A stretch of DNA of 52,195 nt, counting the filler, from Trypethelium eluteriae (Eukaryota): assembly GCA_051942245.1 (NCBI GenBank). It is 3 parts of 3 records of this genome, joined end to end, with 100 filler letters (N's around TTAATTAATTAA, not from the genome) between each part and the next. Parts side by side here need not be neighbours in the genome. Positions count along the whole stretch, not along the records: positions 1 to 17,425 come from JAVECL010000592.1; 2 more parts are not named here. One strand, 5' to 3'. This document shows positions 1-12,656 of this stretch, in pieces; position 1 is the stretch's first letter, and the number at the start of each line of letters is the position of its first letter. The notes under the pieces are model-generated. The model did no database searches. It had not been told where the DNA came from and saw only the letters and a program-made list of their open reading frames with translations. The translations under genes were made by a program, and so were the position numbers.

Positions 1-2434
1 GGGTCGAAGGGTTCGATGGTGTGAGAGGAGGGAGCGGCGGTGCGGTTGAGGATTTCAGAGACGTAAGAGAATTCCGCGCAGTCTTGCCGCCATTGGGCTA
101 CGTCTTCGGTGGTCGAACCGTCCCAGCATTCCGACGATGGAAGGAAAGGAAGATTGAGGCCGGATATTTGCTCCTGTTCGAGCGATTGGGGGAATAGACT
201 GCCTTTCTGGGAATGCAAGAGATAGCATAATGTCAGTAGGCGTCGTTTCTGCATAAACTTGAGAAGCTCGTTGTGCTGCATCCATTCATTAGGCAATGAG
301 ATCTCGTCTGTTTGCGTTTGAAGACCGATGATATATTCCAAGGGCAACGAGGAAAATAGTGTGTCGTCGTGGTAGAGCTGCAGCACGTTAGATAAGGGAT
401 TGAAGACAATCGATGGAAGGCCTGAAAGCTTACGGTGCGATATAGATCTTTGAAACGAGTTGAAAGCCCGGGTGGCGTCCTCCGATTCATGTATTGCGTA
501 TACAACTCTACTAGAAACACCGCTTGCATGTCATGGAGTCTCTTGGATTCATAGCCGTCTGACACCCGCTACAGAAGTCGTTAGATTCCGTCTGGGTTGA
601 TTGTAATCCAACGACTTACTTTTGCTAGAACCTTTAAGCATTGTTCATGCAGTTTCCGAGAATACTGTTTTTCGTTCCAATCTAATGAAAATTGAGATCC
701 GATTGCAAGTATCGCAGCCTTCAGGATTGGGGGTACCGAGGAGAGCACGAAGGACGGTCGATGCAATATAGGGTATTGTGGATGTGAAAGTTCCCAATAT
801 TGATTGAGATACTGAGTAATAACCATGTCATCCTCTTGCTGAAAACCGAGCTCGGCTCCTTCCGACATGTCTCGTTGAAGATAGGTGAAGGCGGCAAGGT
901 TGGCAAGGTTACCCCAATCGACGTGCGGGACCTGGAACGGGTAGGAGGCTAACGTGGGTGTACGGGATATAGATGCAGACCTGGACTCGTTGGTGGAAGA
1001 AGCGGGATATATGTTGTATTCACGACCTGGCTGCTCGGTATGCCATTCCGTCCAGTACGGGCCGATGATGGAAGGCGCTGGGGAAAGTTGGGATTTTGTA
1101 GTTGCGGCCTGCTGGGGCAGATACTGCTCGATCAGCGACGTGTTTGAAAAGGATCGCTGTCGTTCAAGCAGCTGAGCGTGAGGCTGACCAGCAAAAGGGA
1201 GAGTTATATTTCCGTAGTTTGGCGACGCATACCCACTGGAAGACGAGTAGGGAGGCGATGCCATCCAATGACTTTGACCAAACCCTCCAGAAAAATAATC
1301 CCAATTTCCTTCTACTGGTACTACTGGAAGGTCTGAACGAGTCTGATACCTATGTTGGAGGTCTGTAGGCTTCGGGTCGCTGTGCACGCTTTTGTTAGTT
1401 GGGTCCAACCACGCAGTAACGACGGGTGGTTTCAGCAAAGTGAGATCGATGTACGCATCATCCTCGTATACAGTATTGATATAAGCATGACAGCGTGCAT
1501 AACGTTGTAAGCTGACTAAAGAGGATGAAGGAATTCACAATGCCGGTGGTTTCAACGTGGGGTAAGTGAGATATGCGTACCTTGAGGAAGGAACATAAGC
1601 TGATCTGGATTCTACTGTCGAAGGATATGTCGAGTTCGTAGATACGGCGACATTACTCGGGGACCCAGTGGCACCGGGCACTGACAGATTATCATACCGA
1701 ATTGGTGCTGATGCTTCGGGGCTGCTCTGACTTCGGGGTGAATCCCGTGAACTTTGGCCAACTTGGGTCTCAAGACTGGATTCATGTTAGCCGGGTGGCA
1801 AGAAAGCTTGTCATGAGCGCGAACTGACTGTCTCTCCCGGTGCCTCAGAAGGAGGTCTTCCCGGTGGAATGTCTTGTTGCAGCCGACAACGTCACAGCGA
1901 AGACTGCCGGTGCTATGGTTGAGCTGATGCCGCCTATTGTGCTTTAGCGAAGCTCAGGTCAACAAGTGCAAAGTACTTTGTTTACCTCAAATGCTCTGCG
2001 CGAGTGTATCTCTATTAGGAATAAGCGAGTGTTCCACAGAGGTTCGTGTAGAGATCCCAAAGGATTGAGGACAGTGAAGAGTGGGGGCTTCATACCTTTC
2101 CGCATGTCTCGCAGTCGTGCACCCTCATACCTTTCTTTGCTTTACTTATGCGCCCGGTCTTGGTGAGTTTGACGCGCTCATTGGAAGGCTCAGAGGAGCC
2201 AGCAGCACGCTGCATGGTGGATGTTTCCTCTTGGGGGCCTTCCAAGTGGGGGCTAATATTCCGTGACCGAGATGCGGAACCAGGCAACGCAGTGGATTCA
2301 GCAACAAGAGGCGAAGCGGACGATTGAGAGAAAAAGTGAGCTTGAAGCTGAGTTTGTGTAACCACGGCAGATCCTGGGGGGTTCCGCGGATGGTCCGAAG
2401 TCTTTATGAAGCGATTGTTCGAAGCATGGTCCAT
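1..2434 (-). CDS. C2H2 zinc-finger / fungal-specific transcription factor domain protein (multi-exon, 3' end beyond window edge)
   Basis: Splicing exon 2434-2096, micro-exon 2011-1986 and the next exon rebuilds two C2H2 fingers: CETCGKRYTRAEHLRRHQLNH and CDVVGCNKTFHREDLLLRHRERH. Downstream are Fungal_trans-type motifs YWELSHPQYPILHRPSF and KRRLLTLCYLL. The reading frame stays open to position 1. Confidence 0.88.
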
Positions 2435-4722
2435 GATCGACTTATCATTGAAGTAGCGGATGAATAGGGAATATTTGGCAATCAGGAGGATTTCCGGTCT
2501 GTCAACGCCTAGGCTAGAACATGAAGAGGTGCTAAGCTTCCACGAGACGTTGAAATGCCTTGATCGTCCAACAGCTATTAATCACGAAGGCGAAAGAAGC
2601 AGTCAAGCTAGATTGGCAGCCACGGGCCAGGCTAGTTTCAGCCGAATCGAGGGCAACCGGTGTGTATAGTTATCAACAAAGACGACCGGTATACACTCTG
2701 AAGCACCCGACTGCAGCCCAACCAGAGAGAAGTTCAAATGGAAGACAAGGCTGGCTCGTACAGAGCAGACCTGAAGGTCAGAGGAGGCATGCTTCTTAGC
2801 TAGTTCATACTCCAACGACTGCGAATTCCCCCGGATACCGGTAGGTCAAGATGAGGAAAAGAAATGTCTCCGATAGAAGGTCATTGAAGGCACGCTGAGA
2901 CAACAGCTCGGATTAGAGACCGGTGCTAGAGCTCCTTAGAGCGATAGATAGTTGCAGACGAACGAGAAAGTCCTGTGGAACGAACGACAACACACGTTTG
3001 GTAGAGCCGCCGGTCAGAGGGTTGTGCCTCTCAGCTGTTGCAGCTACTCCGTAGATGGGAGCGAATGGCGCCAGAGAGAGCCTCCCGGCCAGGGTGAAAA
3101 TAGGCATAGGCACAGAAGCAGCTCAGACTCGAGGCCTAGGGGACTGTGAATGGCATGCCAGAAAGGCTCTGTGCTCTAGCTACTTGTGGCAGAGCTGAAG
3201 AGCTGAACGGGGTTTGTGCCATCATCGCCCTAGCCGGATGCCTGGGCGTGTCAAGAGGTGGGTCAGCCACCAACGAGATCCGGGACAGAGTAAGAATAGC
3301 GCGAAAGAGCCTTGTTCATCAAGCGAGGGCTGTTGGCTGATGACTGTCTCTCGAGCGTGCGCCGAGAAAGGTAGGCAACAGCGTCCGACCATATTGCGAT
3401 CTGCCAAGAGCCGACGACAGACAACAGACCAACGGTGAGCGGATAGATACAGTACCTTACGAAGGAGTAAAGGCATTTAGGCTCTGCTGTCGCTGTCAGC
3501 CTCCACATCCACCAAAGGGTGAAAGCGTGCTGAGCCACCAGCAGCGGCGGCGGCGGGATTCGGTAGGGAATCGTGGCCGACGATCCGCTTGACACCGTGC
3601 CCCGCTATTTCAACGCCTGTCACGCGAGCCCCACGTTTTGTATCTCTGGAGCAGCACCTTGTCACCTTGTCACACCGTGGTGAGAATCTCTTCACTCCGC
3701 AGACGCAGTTGGGATCCGCTCTTGCGCTCTTGGGGAACCGCAGCCAGTAGAAATCTGCGTGGAGCACCAAAGAGATATGTCTGTGTCCCTAGTTACATGT
3801 ACCATGAGTCCTAACGATATCACGATATGCCCCAGCCTGGGATTGTCCTTACCGGGTATCACATATATGCCTCACAGCGTTAGAGAAATACAGCTAACAA
3901 AAGGTCACTATTTCAGAATCTGTGCGTCTCGGACAAACTTGCATCACCGGAAGATGTAGTGTCTCAATGGAGGATCTTCTGGTTTATTAGGATTTCGAAT
4001 TTCAAGTTTACGCTATCTCCTGCTATCTTCGAAAATCTCAATGAACCTCACGGTCAGATCAGCTACCTTCCCGGCAGAGCATGTGCATATCTGCAACACA
4101 ATGAACCCCGCACTGAATCGATTGGAGCTGAAAGCCCCTGAGACGGTTAACTGGACGGTGTGGACCATGCCCCAGTAAGCGGGATGCGAGCAACCCAATC
4201 ATTTCCGCAGTACCCTGCCCTAAAACACCAGTAAAAATATTAATACAGCTATTCAAGTCGGAAATGCATGTCGCCTACTTCAAAGAACCATGCAATTCTC
4301 AAGCAGCAATGATAATTTGAGTCATACTGACGCTTTAAGCTCATTTTTCACCGGTTCTCTCTCCCATCATGCCTACTCAAAACGTGGTGTTTCCGGAGCC
4401 TTTTCTACGAGCGTTTTCCAGTGCTGTCGAAATTTCCTTTCATCTCACTGTTGACAAACTGGAAGACTCACCGGCTCACACACTGAGGGTGAGAAATGTC
4501 AGCATCAGCTACTGTATCAGGCTTATAGAAATGCACTGTAGATGACCTCAGGATCGGTAGGTTTTGATTGCGCGCGCACGTCGGCTCCAGACCAGATTTT
4601 AGAATGATCCTCCGCAATTTTAACTGTCGTATTCGGTTATAGTAAGTTACATTCGCAAGGCATCAAGCTCGCGTATCTCGTGATCCTAGCAAACTTCAGC
4701 GCCTTAGACAATTTTTAACGTC

Positions 4723-5951
4723 TTAATCCTCTGAGGCAATGGAACTAGATGAGTCTGGTCTGCTAGGGGTAGCCCTGTCCATCGATCCATCGAGGTCCTT
4801 TCTCCCTGGAAGCACGCGAGCACACCAGCAGCACCAACATCGTGCAGAGCCGTCACGTTCCCGACGAAGATGATCCGAATGCTCTCGCTCATCCTCATAC
4901 TCTTTAACGACGGCTCCCAAACGAACACGTTTCTTGACCTTTTTCTTGACAGCACCCCCGATCCCCTCGATTTCTTGGAAAAGGTAGCTGGCGCCCCTCC
5001 ACTCTCTCCCCTCAAGTCCAGCCTGTTTAGCCTCGCATTCGAGCGCAGCGAGTTCATCTGCGTCACATTCAATCTCTTGCACGACGTCGCGGACAGCAAA
5101 GCACTGTTCGCCGAGACCACATTCGACCCCTTCATTCCCTTCTCCAATCCCCGTTCCAAGACCGCCGAGATAATTGGAATACCGCGTCCTCCACAACCAT
5201 CCACGCGTATACGCCAAATCGTCAGCTCGGAGAGATTGTCCGCAAGTATTGCATAGCCAGACGCCCGCATCTACGCAGGTGCACGGTCCACGGGCATAGG
5301 CAGACTCCGTGAACGTTGCTGGCCTATTGCCTGACCAAGAGTCTCGAAGCCTTGTATGGTACCACAATGGTACGCGAGTGCAGGTTTTGCACAGCCGTCG
5401 AAGCCGACCGTTGAACGTATTACGGGGTGGAAGCTTCATGATACAGTTTCTGCATACTACTTTGCCGCATTTTCGACATTCGCCCACCATGTCCCTTGCG
5501 CAGTGTCCAACTTTTCCACTGGTAATACGACCAGCCTGCCCCGTCTGCCATGTCTGATGTGATTCTCTCAGTCGTTCAGCCAAGCGTGATCCAATCTGAA
5601 CGTCCTCGTTGGCACAGTGTAGGGTCTGTTTGACAAGCTGTGATCGAAACTGTAAGAGGTTGGCACGGAACTGACGACATGTAAGGGAGAGGTTGTGGAG
5701 CGTGTTGAGGTCTAGGTGCCTTGCGAGTTGGCTGGCTATACTGTTTCGAGTCAATGCTCATGTTCCCCTAAATAAGCAGTTGGGACGAACGGATAGCAAC
5801 CCAGGCTAGCTGAGAAGCCATTAATGTTTGGATTCGGTCTTGCATCTTTGGGCTCGTCGGCACGAGTGACCTGCTCTCGCGATGATATCCAATGCCGGGG
5901 ATCTGAGTAGGGATCCACAGCTTCATCGCCAAGGTCAACAAGCACCACCAT
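4723..5951 (-). CDS. Cys-rich protein with N-terminal F-box-like motif (2 exons)
   Basis: ATG at 5951 (MVVLVDLGDE). Intron 5790-5741 (GTTCGT..CAG) joins SASLGCYP to IASQLARHLDLNTLHNLSLTCRQFR, which is F-box-like. Many CxxC motifs follow (CRKC, CRNC, CKTC, CNTC, CWCCWC). Confidence 0.75.
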
Positions 5952-6414
5952 ACTCGAGAGACCGGGTGCAATTTGTCAGCTTCATCGAAGCAGCCTTCTC
6001 GCCGTGATGCTTGTAATAGTGTAACAGGATTAATGTGGCGAAGCTGTAAATGACCAAGGGTGGAGAGGACGACTGCAGCGAGCCAATCGGGGATTCCCGT
6101 CGGAGGCTTGCTGACCCGCACCTCCAAGACGAATGACACCGAGGAGACGGCACGGCGGATTACAGGGCAAACCCACTAAATCTACTCCGTAGAGTTCCTT
6201 TGTTGCGAACCACTCGAAACAAGCCATGTAGAGACACAGCATCCTACCCTCCTAGTTGACTCCTCTAATCTACATCATCACACATGGATGGTCCGAAACT
6301 CCTCCCGAAGCCATAGGATTGGTATGCATAGGAGCTACGGCCCGTAGGAAGACCACGACCACGCACTTGAGCAGGGCGATTCATAACTTCCGATATACGA
6401 GTTCAGAAGCCCAG

Positions 6415-7430
6415 CTAAAGCTTGGAACTTACGACTGTCCCTCCATCTAATGTCAAGACTGCGCCGTTTACGTACGCCCCGGCTCTGCTTGCTAGGAATA
6501 AAGTGGCGCCTGCCACATCCTGCGGGGATCCGATGCGACCTAGGGGAATGCCACTCTCAATCGCATCTCTGAATTGACTGAGCGTTGCGGCCATCATCTT
6601 ACTTTCGAAAGGACCGCAAGCCAAAGCATTTGATCTAAAGCTAGGAGTTAGTTCGTTACCCCTTCCATCAAGATTTTTTTGAACTTTACGTGATGTTTTT
6701 CCTGCCAAGATGGTTCGCCAGCACTTTCGTGAGATGATGAACTCCAGCTTTTGAAGAGGAATACGCAAACGTTTCAAGTTCTGGCACTCGTATGCCGTCT
6801 ACGCTCCCAATGTTAATGACCCTACTCGGGTCTTCTGCTGACGCAGCCGCTTCAAGATATTTAGTCATGAGCTGAGTGACCGTGAACACCCGCTGCAGAT
6901 TCAAGGTCAGAACTCTGGTCCATGCCGATTCTGGATATTCGTCGTAAGGTGCCCCCCAATTGGAACCGCTGTTGCTCACTAGGACGTGCAATTCTGCGGC
7001 ATAGTCAGCAGCCACCTCAAGTCTCATGATTCGCTACGCTTACTAGATTCTCTCTTTCCGAACTCTTCCGCAAGCTTTTTAACATCTGCCTCCTTGTAGA
7101 AATCGGCAGGAATTGCGATGGCTTTGCCTCTCCCCAAACTGTTCAGCTCTGTGCATGCCTGGTCGCAGGATCTTGCATCTCGTGATGAGATATATACTGT
7201 AGCTCCATTTGTGACAAATCCCTCTGAGATCATACGTCCGATGCCCTTCGCTCCTCCAGTGACTAAAACGATTTTGCCCTATGGAGCGTATGAGTCAGTT
7301 TTCTTACTTAGAATAAAAGGCAGAGGCTTCTCCAGATAGCCATCTGGGGAAAATTTAAAAAGGGTTCAATAAATAGAAGATGCATTGAATCTTCGTTTAC
7401 CTTCACATTGAAAAGATTTGAGACGTCCAT
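6415..7430 (-). CDS. Short-chain dehydrogenase/reductase (RhlG/3-oxoacyl-ACP reductase-like) with PTS1
   Basis: MDVSNLFNVK|GKIVLVTGGAKGIG Rossmann motif, LVSNSG, catalytic S..YSSSK, and a C-terminal SKL. Three GT-AG introns. Confidence 0.92.
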
Positions 7431-8006
7431 ATCCAGTGATTCAATATGAGTCTTTTGAGAGGCTAATGATGATTTTTGGAAATCGAATCAAAATAGAACT
7501 TTGAAGGAAATCGGATTCTTCATGAACGAAGATTCGTCTTTGGAGGACGTCGATACAAAAAAGTGACCAGCAATGTTTTTCTTACAGCAAATGAGACCTG
7601 ACAGCTCAATGAAAGAATGTTACGATTCAGGAAGAGCTCTTCAGACGGGAACGAGCCCCTCGGTTCACCATGATGTTAAGCCCGTTGAGCCGAGGCAACC
7701 TAGCTAAATAAGCGCGCGCCTAAGGTAAGGCGGGCTTTTCCACATGTCTGGACTGCCAGGTACCTACCTAGTATATTGTGGTCACATCCGGTTCGTGCAT
7801 TGCCTCCCCATCCGTCCCAAGGATGTTCTGATATCGGAGACTTTCTGTCAAAAATTCGGGGAAGCGTGACTTCATTATCCACTCCGATGGCCTCGCTGAT
7901 TAGCCATTGACTTTATCCTAACAAACACAAGTCAGAAACATTTACAGCCCAGACCGATGGATTATATGCTGTGAGTCTGCTCGAAGATATCGCCTAGATC
8001 TGCGTA

Positions 8007-8945
8007 ATGGAGGAGCTCCACGCACGACATCGAAAAGAACAGAGAGACCTACAATCCAAGATCACCCAGAAAAAGAAGTCCGCAACCAAGAAGACAAGGA
8101 AAGGGGTCAACGACGAATGCGCTTCTCTGGAACAAGAGCTCAAAGAGAGGCAAGCTGCAGAAATTGGCGCAATTGACACCGAAAATGGTGTGGCAGAAAC
8201 GGTGAACAACAGCTCGCTGGGCGAAGAGGAACAGGTGACGGCTGCAGACGGTGTTATTCACGATGACTCCACGGTGAAGGCAGAATATACGCAGATCACA
8301 CCAATCCCCTCTGCCGATCCAACTCAGCCTAACAGTGATTATTCTCGAAAGCCTAACAGACAAAAAGCTAGGCTTGCGAGGAGGGCTGCCGAACAAGAAG
8401 CCCTGGCCGACCAAACCGCAAAAGAGGCTGCAAGCATGCCAGATGAACGTGAAAGAGAAAGACTGCAGATGCTGAGCTTTTTCGAGCAACGTGGGCTGAA
8501 GGAACACGAGATCAGAGCAGATGGTCATTGTCTATACTCAGCGATCGCTGATCAGATCAACCAGCTCGGTCTTAGCCTATCGCCAAGTGAGCCTACAAAT
8601 GAGGAGTCAAACACCACATCAGACGATGTCCCTAGTTATCTTCAGGTTCGCCACGCTGCAGCCAACTACATTATTGCTAACCCGGATGATTTCGCCGCTT
8701 TTCTTGAAGAACCTCTTGATGAGTACATCCATAAAGTGCGAGATACAGGGGAATGGGGCGGGCAACTGGAGTTGATGGCTCTAGCAAACGCTTATGGGAT
8801 AGAAATCAATGTTCTGCAAGGCAACGGCAGGGTCGAGAAAATAACATCACAGTCGAAACCTGGAAACCCACCAGTCTGGCTTGCATATTACCGACACGGA
8901 TTTGGCTTAGGCGAGCATTATAATTCTCTACGGAAAGAACCTTGA
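8007..8945 (+). CDS. OTU2: OTU-domain deubiquitinase (Otu2/OTUD6B-like)
   Basis: N-terminal RHRKEQRDLQ coiled coil, KPNRQKARLARR, catalytic ADGHCLYSAI, EWGGQLEL and GLGEHYNSLR. Single 312-aa ORF. Confidence 0.93.
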   Translation: MEELHARHRKEQRDLQSKITQKKKSATKKTRKGVNDECASLEQELKERQAAEIGAIDTENGVAETVNNSSLGEEEQVTAADGVIHDDSTVKAEYTQITPIPSADPTQPNSDYSRKPNRQKARLARRAAEQEALADQTAKEAASMPDERERERLQMLSFFEQRGLKEHEIRADGHCLYSAIADQINQLGLSLSPSEPTNEESNTTSDDVPSYLQVRHAAANYIIANPDDFAAFLEEPLDEYIHKVRDTGEWGGQLELMALANAYGIEINVLQGNGRVEKITSQSKPGNPPVWLAYYRHGFGLGEHYNSLRKEP

Positions 8946-8988
8946 GAGATGCGTGAAAGATGCATATGAACGTTTATATTGGCATAAG

Positions 8989-9889
8989 CTATTTGTGGCG
9001 CCAAATACTAACATGATCAGTGCCTTCACCGATTTTGTGGGTGCGTTCGGCCTTCCAGTGAGCGACCCTGAGTAAGGCTCTTTCATTTGTATCGGAAGAA
9101 GCCTGCTCAATGACATATCCATTCTCATCGTAAGGAATGGTCTCTCCAGGTCTGCTCAGATGCTGCAAGTAGACGGCTGATCGCAAGGCAAAAGGGGGAC
9201 CGCCAGTTGAGGGCTCTTTAGCTGTCGGAAATTCGAGACAAATAAGGACCGCGGGCGGAGGAGCAAGCAGTTGTGACATACGGAAAGCCCAATTGGGGCG
9301 AAGCGTTGGAGATAGAGCACAAAGGAACTGGGTCGCTGTTAGCTGCCGCGTTGCAGATTGTTATCTGCAGGTGTATGCTAACCGTGTAATCGTATATAAG
9401 GTCAAAATTGAGCGTCTTGCCATCCGAATCCCTGGACCAATCGTCCTTGAAGAAGTCTCCGCAAATCCAATGGATCTGGCCTTGGCCAACTTCCTTACTC
9501 CACACAGGATATTGATCGCCCGATCTTGCTGCAAACTCTTTACAGGCCTTTAGTGCGTTTTCGGAGCATTCTAGACCGTACGCATCGTATCCACAGCTAG
9601 CAAAAAGCAAGACGTCGTAACCTCTCCCACATCCGGGGACAAGAGCTCGCTTCCTGCGTCGTGTGCCATTTTCAACCACAAAAGGATTCTCGATGAGTTC
9701 TTTGCGTCCCTTTAAAGTATCGATGAGGGCCGGGCTAGGTTGTTCCCTGTCGAACGGGAGATAGCCGGTCTGCCATAGGTCATCCCAGCCTTGCACATAT
9801 GTATTATCTGCATCTGAGAACTTCTGAAAATGCCTACGCAGCCGCTCGCGATCAGTGGGAGGATTGACCTCCCTGCTTGCATCAACCAT
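8989..9889 (-). CDS. SAM-dependent thiol/halide methyltransferase (TPMT/HOL-like family)
   Basis: GWDDLW..LPFDR and ALVPGCGRGYD motif I. Intron 9382-9328 joins FDLIYDYT to FLCAL..R..WA.RM..LL, followed by LICLEFP..GGPPF. Confidence 0.9.
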
Positions 9890-10853
9890 GGCTGCCTTTA
9901 CTCAGGTCTACTTGCATCCCATAGTGCCATGTATGCTCAAAGAAGAATCACATAGGCGACTTCCGCAGCCATGACCATGGGACTTCTGACCAGAAACAGC
10001 AACCGGAGCACCTCAAATGCTGTGGCGGTAAACAGGGGCGAAGATAAGATATGTACCGTATCGACTGTGGATCGCCCTCGCCTACTGTTATGCACGATGA
10101 TCGCCGCTCAGACCAAGCACTCCACCCCCCATCATTGTCTGGTACCGTCAGGTACTTCCGGTGCAGTACGTGGGAATATTACGGTGATTACGTGACTCAG
10201 CCAAACCCATCTTGTTCAATGCACGAAGGAAGCCAATTGGATTACTCCAACTGTGTCAGCGGCTCAAAAATTTCCGCCACGCCTTTCGGAATTGGGAAAC
10301 GGCACGCCTGGATTTTAGACATGTTTGCTCGAGCTCGAGAGGCTTTCTGATGTCAATTCTCCACATGGAACGAAGACGTCAGTGTTTACGGAAAGACGAC
10401 ATCGGTACTCAGGTGACAAGCTACGGGATCTAGCGGCAGTACTCCGAGTGATCTCTTGCAGGTTTGCGGGAAATCGGCACGCTTCGTCCATCCACGTCCA
10501 ATACCGTGACTATCTAGCGGGGCAATACGCCTGCGGAGATGGGGACACCGAGCAACATTGATCATGAAATGAGAAGTTCCATGGTCTCGATACCGGCAAT
10601 TGTACCGGCCTCAGGTCTGAGTTGTTCGATTTTCTTACCTCCCGTCATGTTCTTTGCCCAGCTTCTCTCATCGTTCAACTCAATTTGCGTATGGAATATT
10701 CTAATCTCTTCATCTCTTTTCTTTTCGAAGATCCCTGCCCATTAGCCCGGCAAAAATCTCCACGAATTCCAGGGACGGGAGGTGTGATTAGAGATCCCCG
10801 GCGCTTTGATCATTTTCAATCGCTCTGCAAGAACCGCAGAGGTGCCCTAAAAC

Positions 10854-12656
10854 ATGGCCGAGAAAGATATCGAAAAGGGCGATATCGAGAATGTGGCAGA
10901 GCCAAGTCGCGAATCTTCGATATCCACATTTGTCAACTCTCCGAAGACTCGCGACCAAGATGATGTCGACACGAAGCCGGAAATCTCCCAAACAACGGAC
11001 AAAACAGCATTAACTAATGAAAAGCAAGCCGCAGCTTCAGTGAAATCCTCGGAAGGCCAATCTGCCAAACCGGTCTTACGAAGTGAAAGACGAGGACTCC
11101 TAGCACATTTCGCCTTGTTGCCAGAGGTCGACGAGCCTAAACAGTACAGTCGACGGACAAAGTGGCTCATCACGTTTATCGTGGCGTTTGCTGGCGCAGC
11201 AGCTCCAGCAGGTTCTGGGATCTTACTCCGTAAGTCGGAAAAATGCCAATGCCCAGATTGTAGTAATGCGAAACTAATGGTGGTTCAGCTGCACTCCAAG
11301 ATATTGCGGGGGATCTTCATACGACACCAACGATCACTAACCTATCTGTTGCGCTATACATGCTCTCTCTAGCAATCTGGCCGCTGTGGTGGTCTTCCTT
11401 TAGCGAAACTCTTGGCCGGCGATCGATATATCTTGTTTCGTTTGCCCTCTACATACTGTGGTGTGTGCTCTCCGCAGTCTCCAACTCCATTGGGATGTTC
11501 ATTGTAATGAGAATGCTTAATGGCGGTGCATCGGGAAGCGTTCAAGCCGTTGGTGCAGGCACAATTGCAGACATCTGGGAGGTCAGGGAACGGGGACGAG
11601 CTATGGGTATATTCTACCTTGGCCCGCTTTGTGGACCCTTGCTTTCACCAATCATAGGTGGTGCGCTCAACGAGCGGTGGGGATGGCGTTCTACCCAGTG
11701 GTTCTGTGTTATTTATGGCGGTATCGTCTGGTTAGCAGTCCTCTTTGGTCTCCCGGAAACGTTACAAAACCGAAAACCCATAACCCAAGCTGGCGCCGAC
11801 CGGCCATCTTTGCAACGTACAACGACGCGAGAAAGCGTACAAATCAAGACCAAAAAGTGGCTCGTGATCTTGCGTAGATTCTTCGTGGATCCATTGCGAA
11901 TCATACTTACCCTACGCTTTGGTGCCGTTGCGCTGACTGTGTGGTTGGCTTCCACAACCTTCTTTTGCCTATATTTCTTGAACATTAGCGTCCAACAAGT
12001 CTTTGCCGCGCCTCCTTACAACTTTTCTTCAATTATCGTGGGGTTGCTCTACATCCCAAATTCTCTTGGTTACATAACTGCCTCCGTCTTTGGTGGGAGA
12101 TGGGTCGACCGTATCATGCGTGATAAGGCAGAACGGGCACAGAGGAAAGATAAAAATGGTAAATTGATTTTTCTTCCCGAAGATCGAATGGGGAAGAATG
12201 CGTGGGTGGCTGCCGTGCTGTTCCCAGTTTCCATGGTCTGGTATGGGTGGACTGCCCAGAAAGGGGTGATGTGGATTGTTCCCGTAAGTCAATTTCCTGG
12301 GCTCCCACCAATCATCAGTCACAGCAGCTGAAAAGTGATTGTAGATGATTTCCAATTTCTTCTTTGGAGTGTCTTCGATGATCACATTCGGAATGGCGAC
12401 CACCATGTTGACGGAATTCATGCCGAAAAAGGCGTCTCATGGAATCGCAGCTAACAATTTCATTCGAAACATTTTTGCGACGGTCTCTGGTATTGTGGCA
12501 GAACCGATGATTCGCGCTATTGGGAATGGCTGGTGCTTTACTATTTGGGCGATTATCGTCGCCATCAGCGGACCGATGGTGATAATACTCATGAAGCGAT
12601 ACGGAACGCACTGGAGAAGAAAATTGGATCGGGAACTTAACCAGGATGAGCAATGA
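10854..12656 (+). CDS. MFS drug:H+ antiporter (DHA1; Qdr/Dtr1-like)
   Basis: WSSFSETLGRR, GAGTIADIWEVRERGRAMG and GPLLSPIIGG..WGWR motifs with many hydrophobic segments. Introns about 11230-11289 and 12284-12344. Confidence 0.92.
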
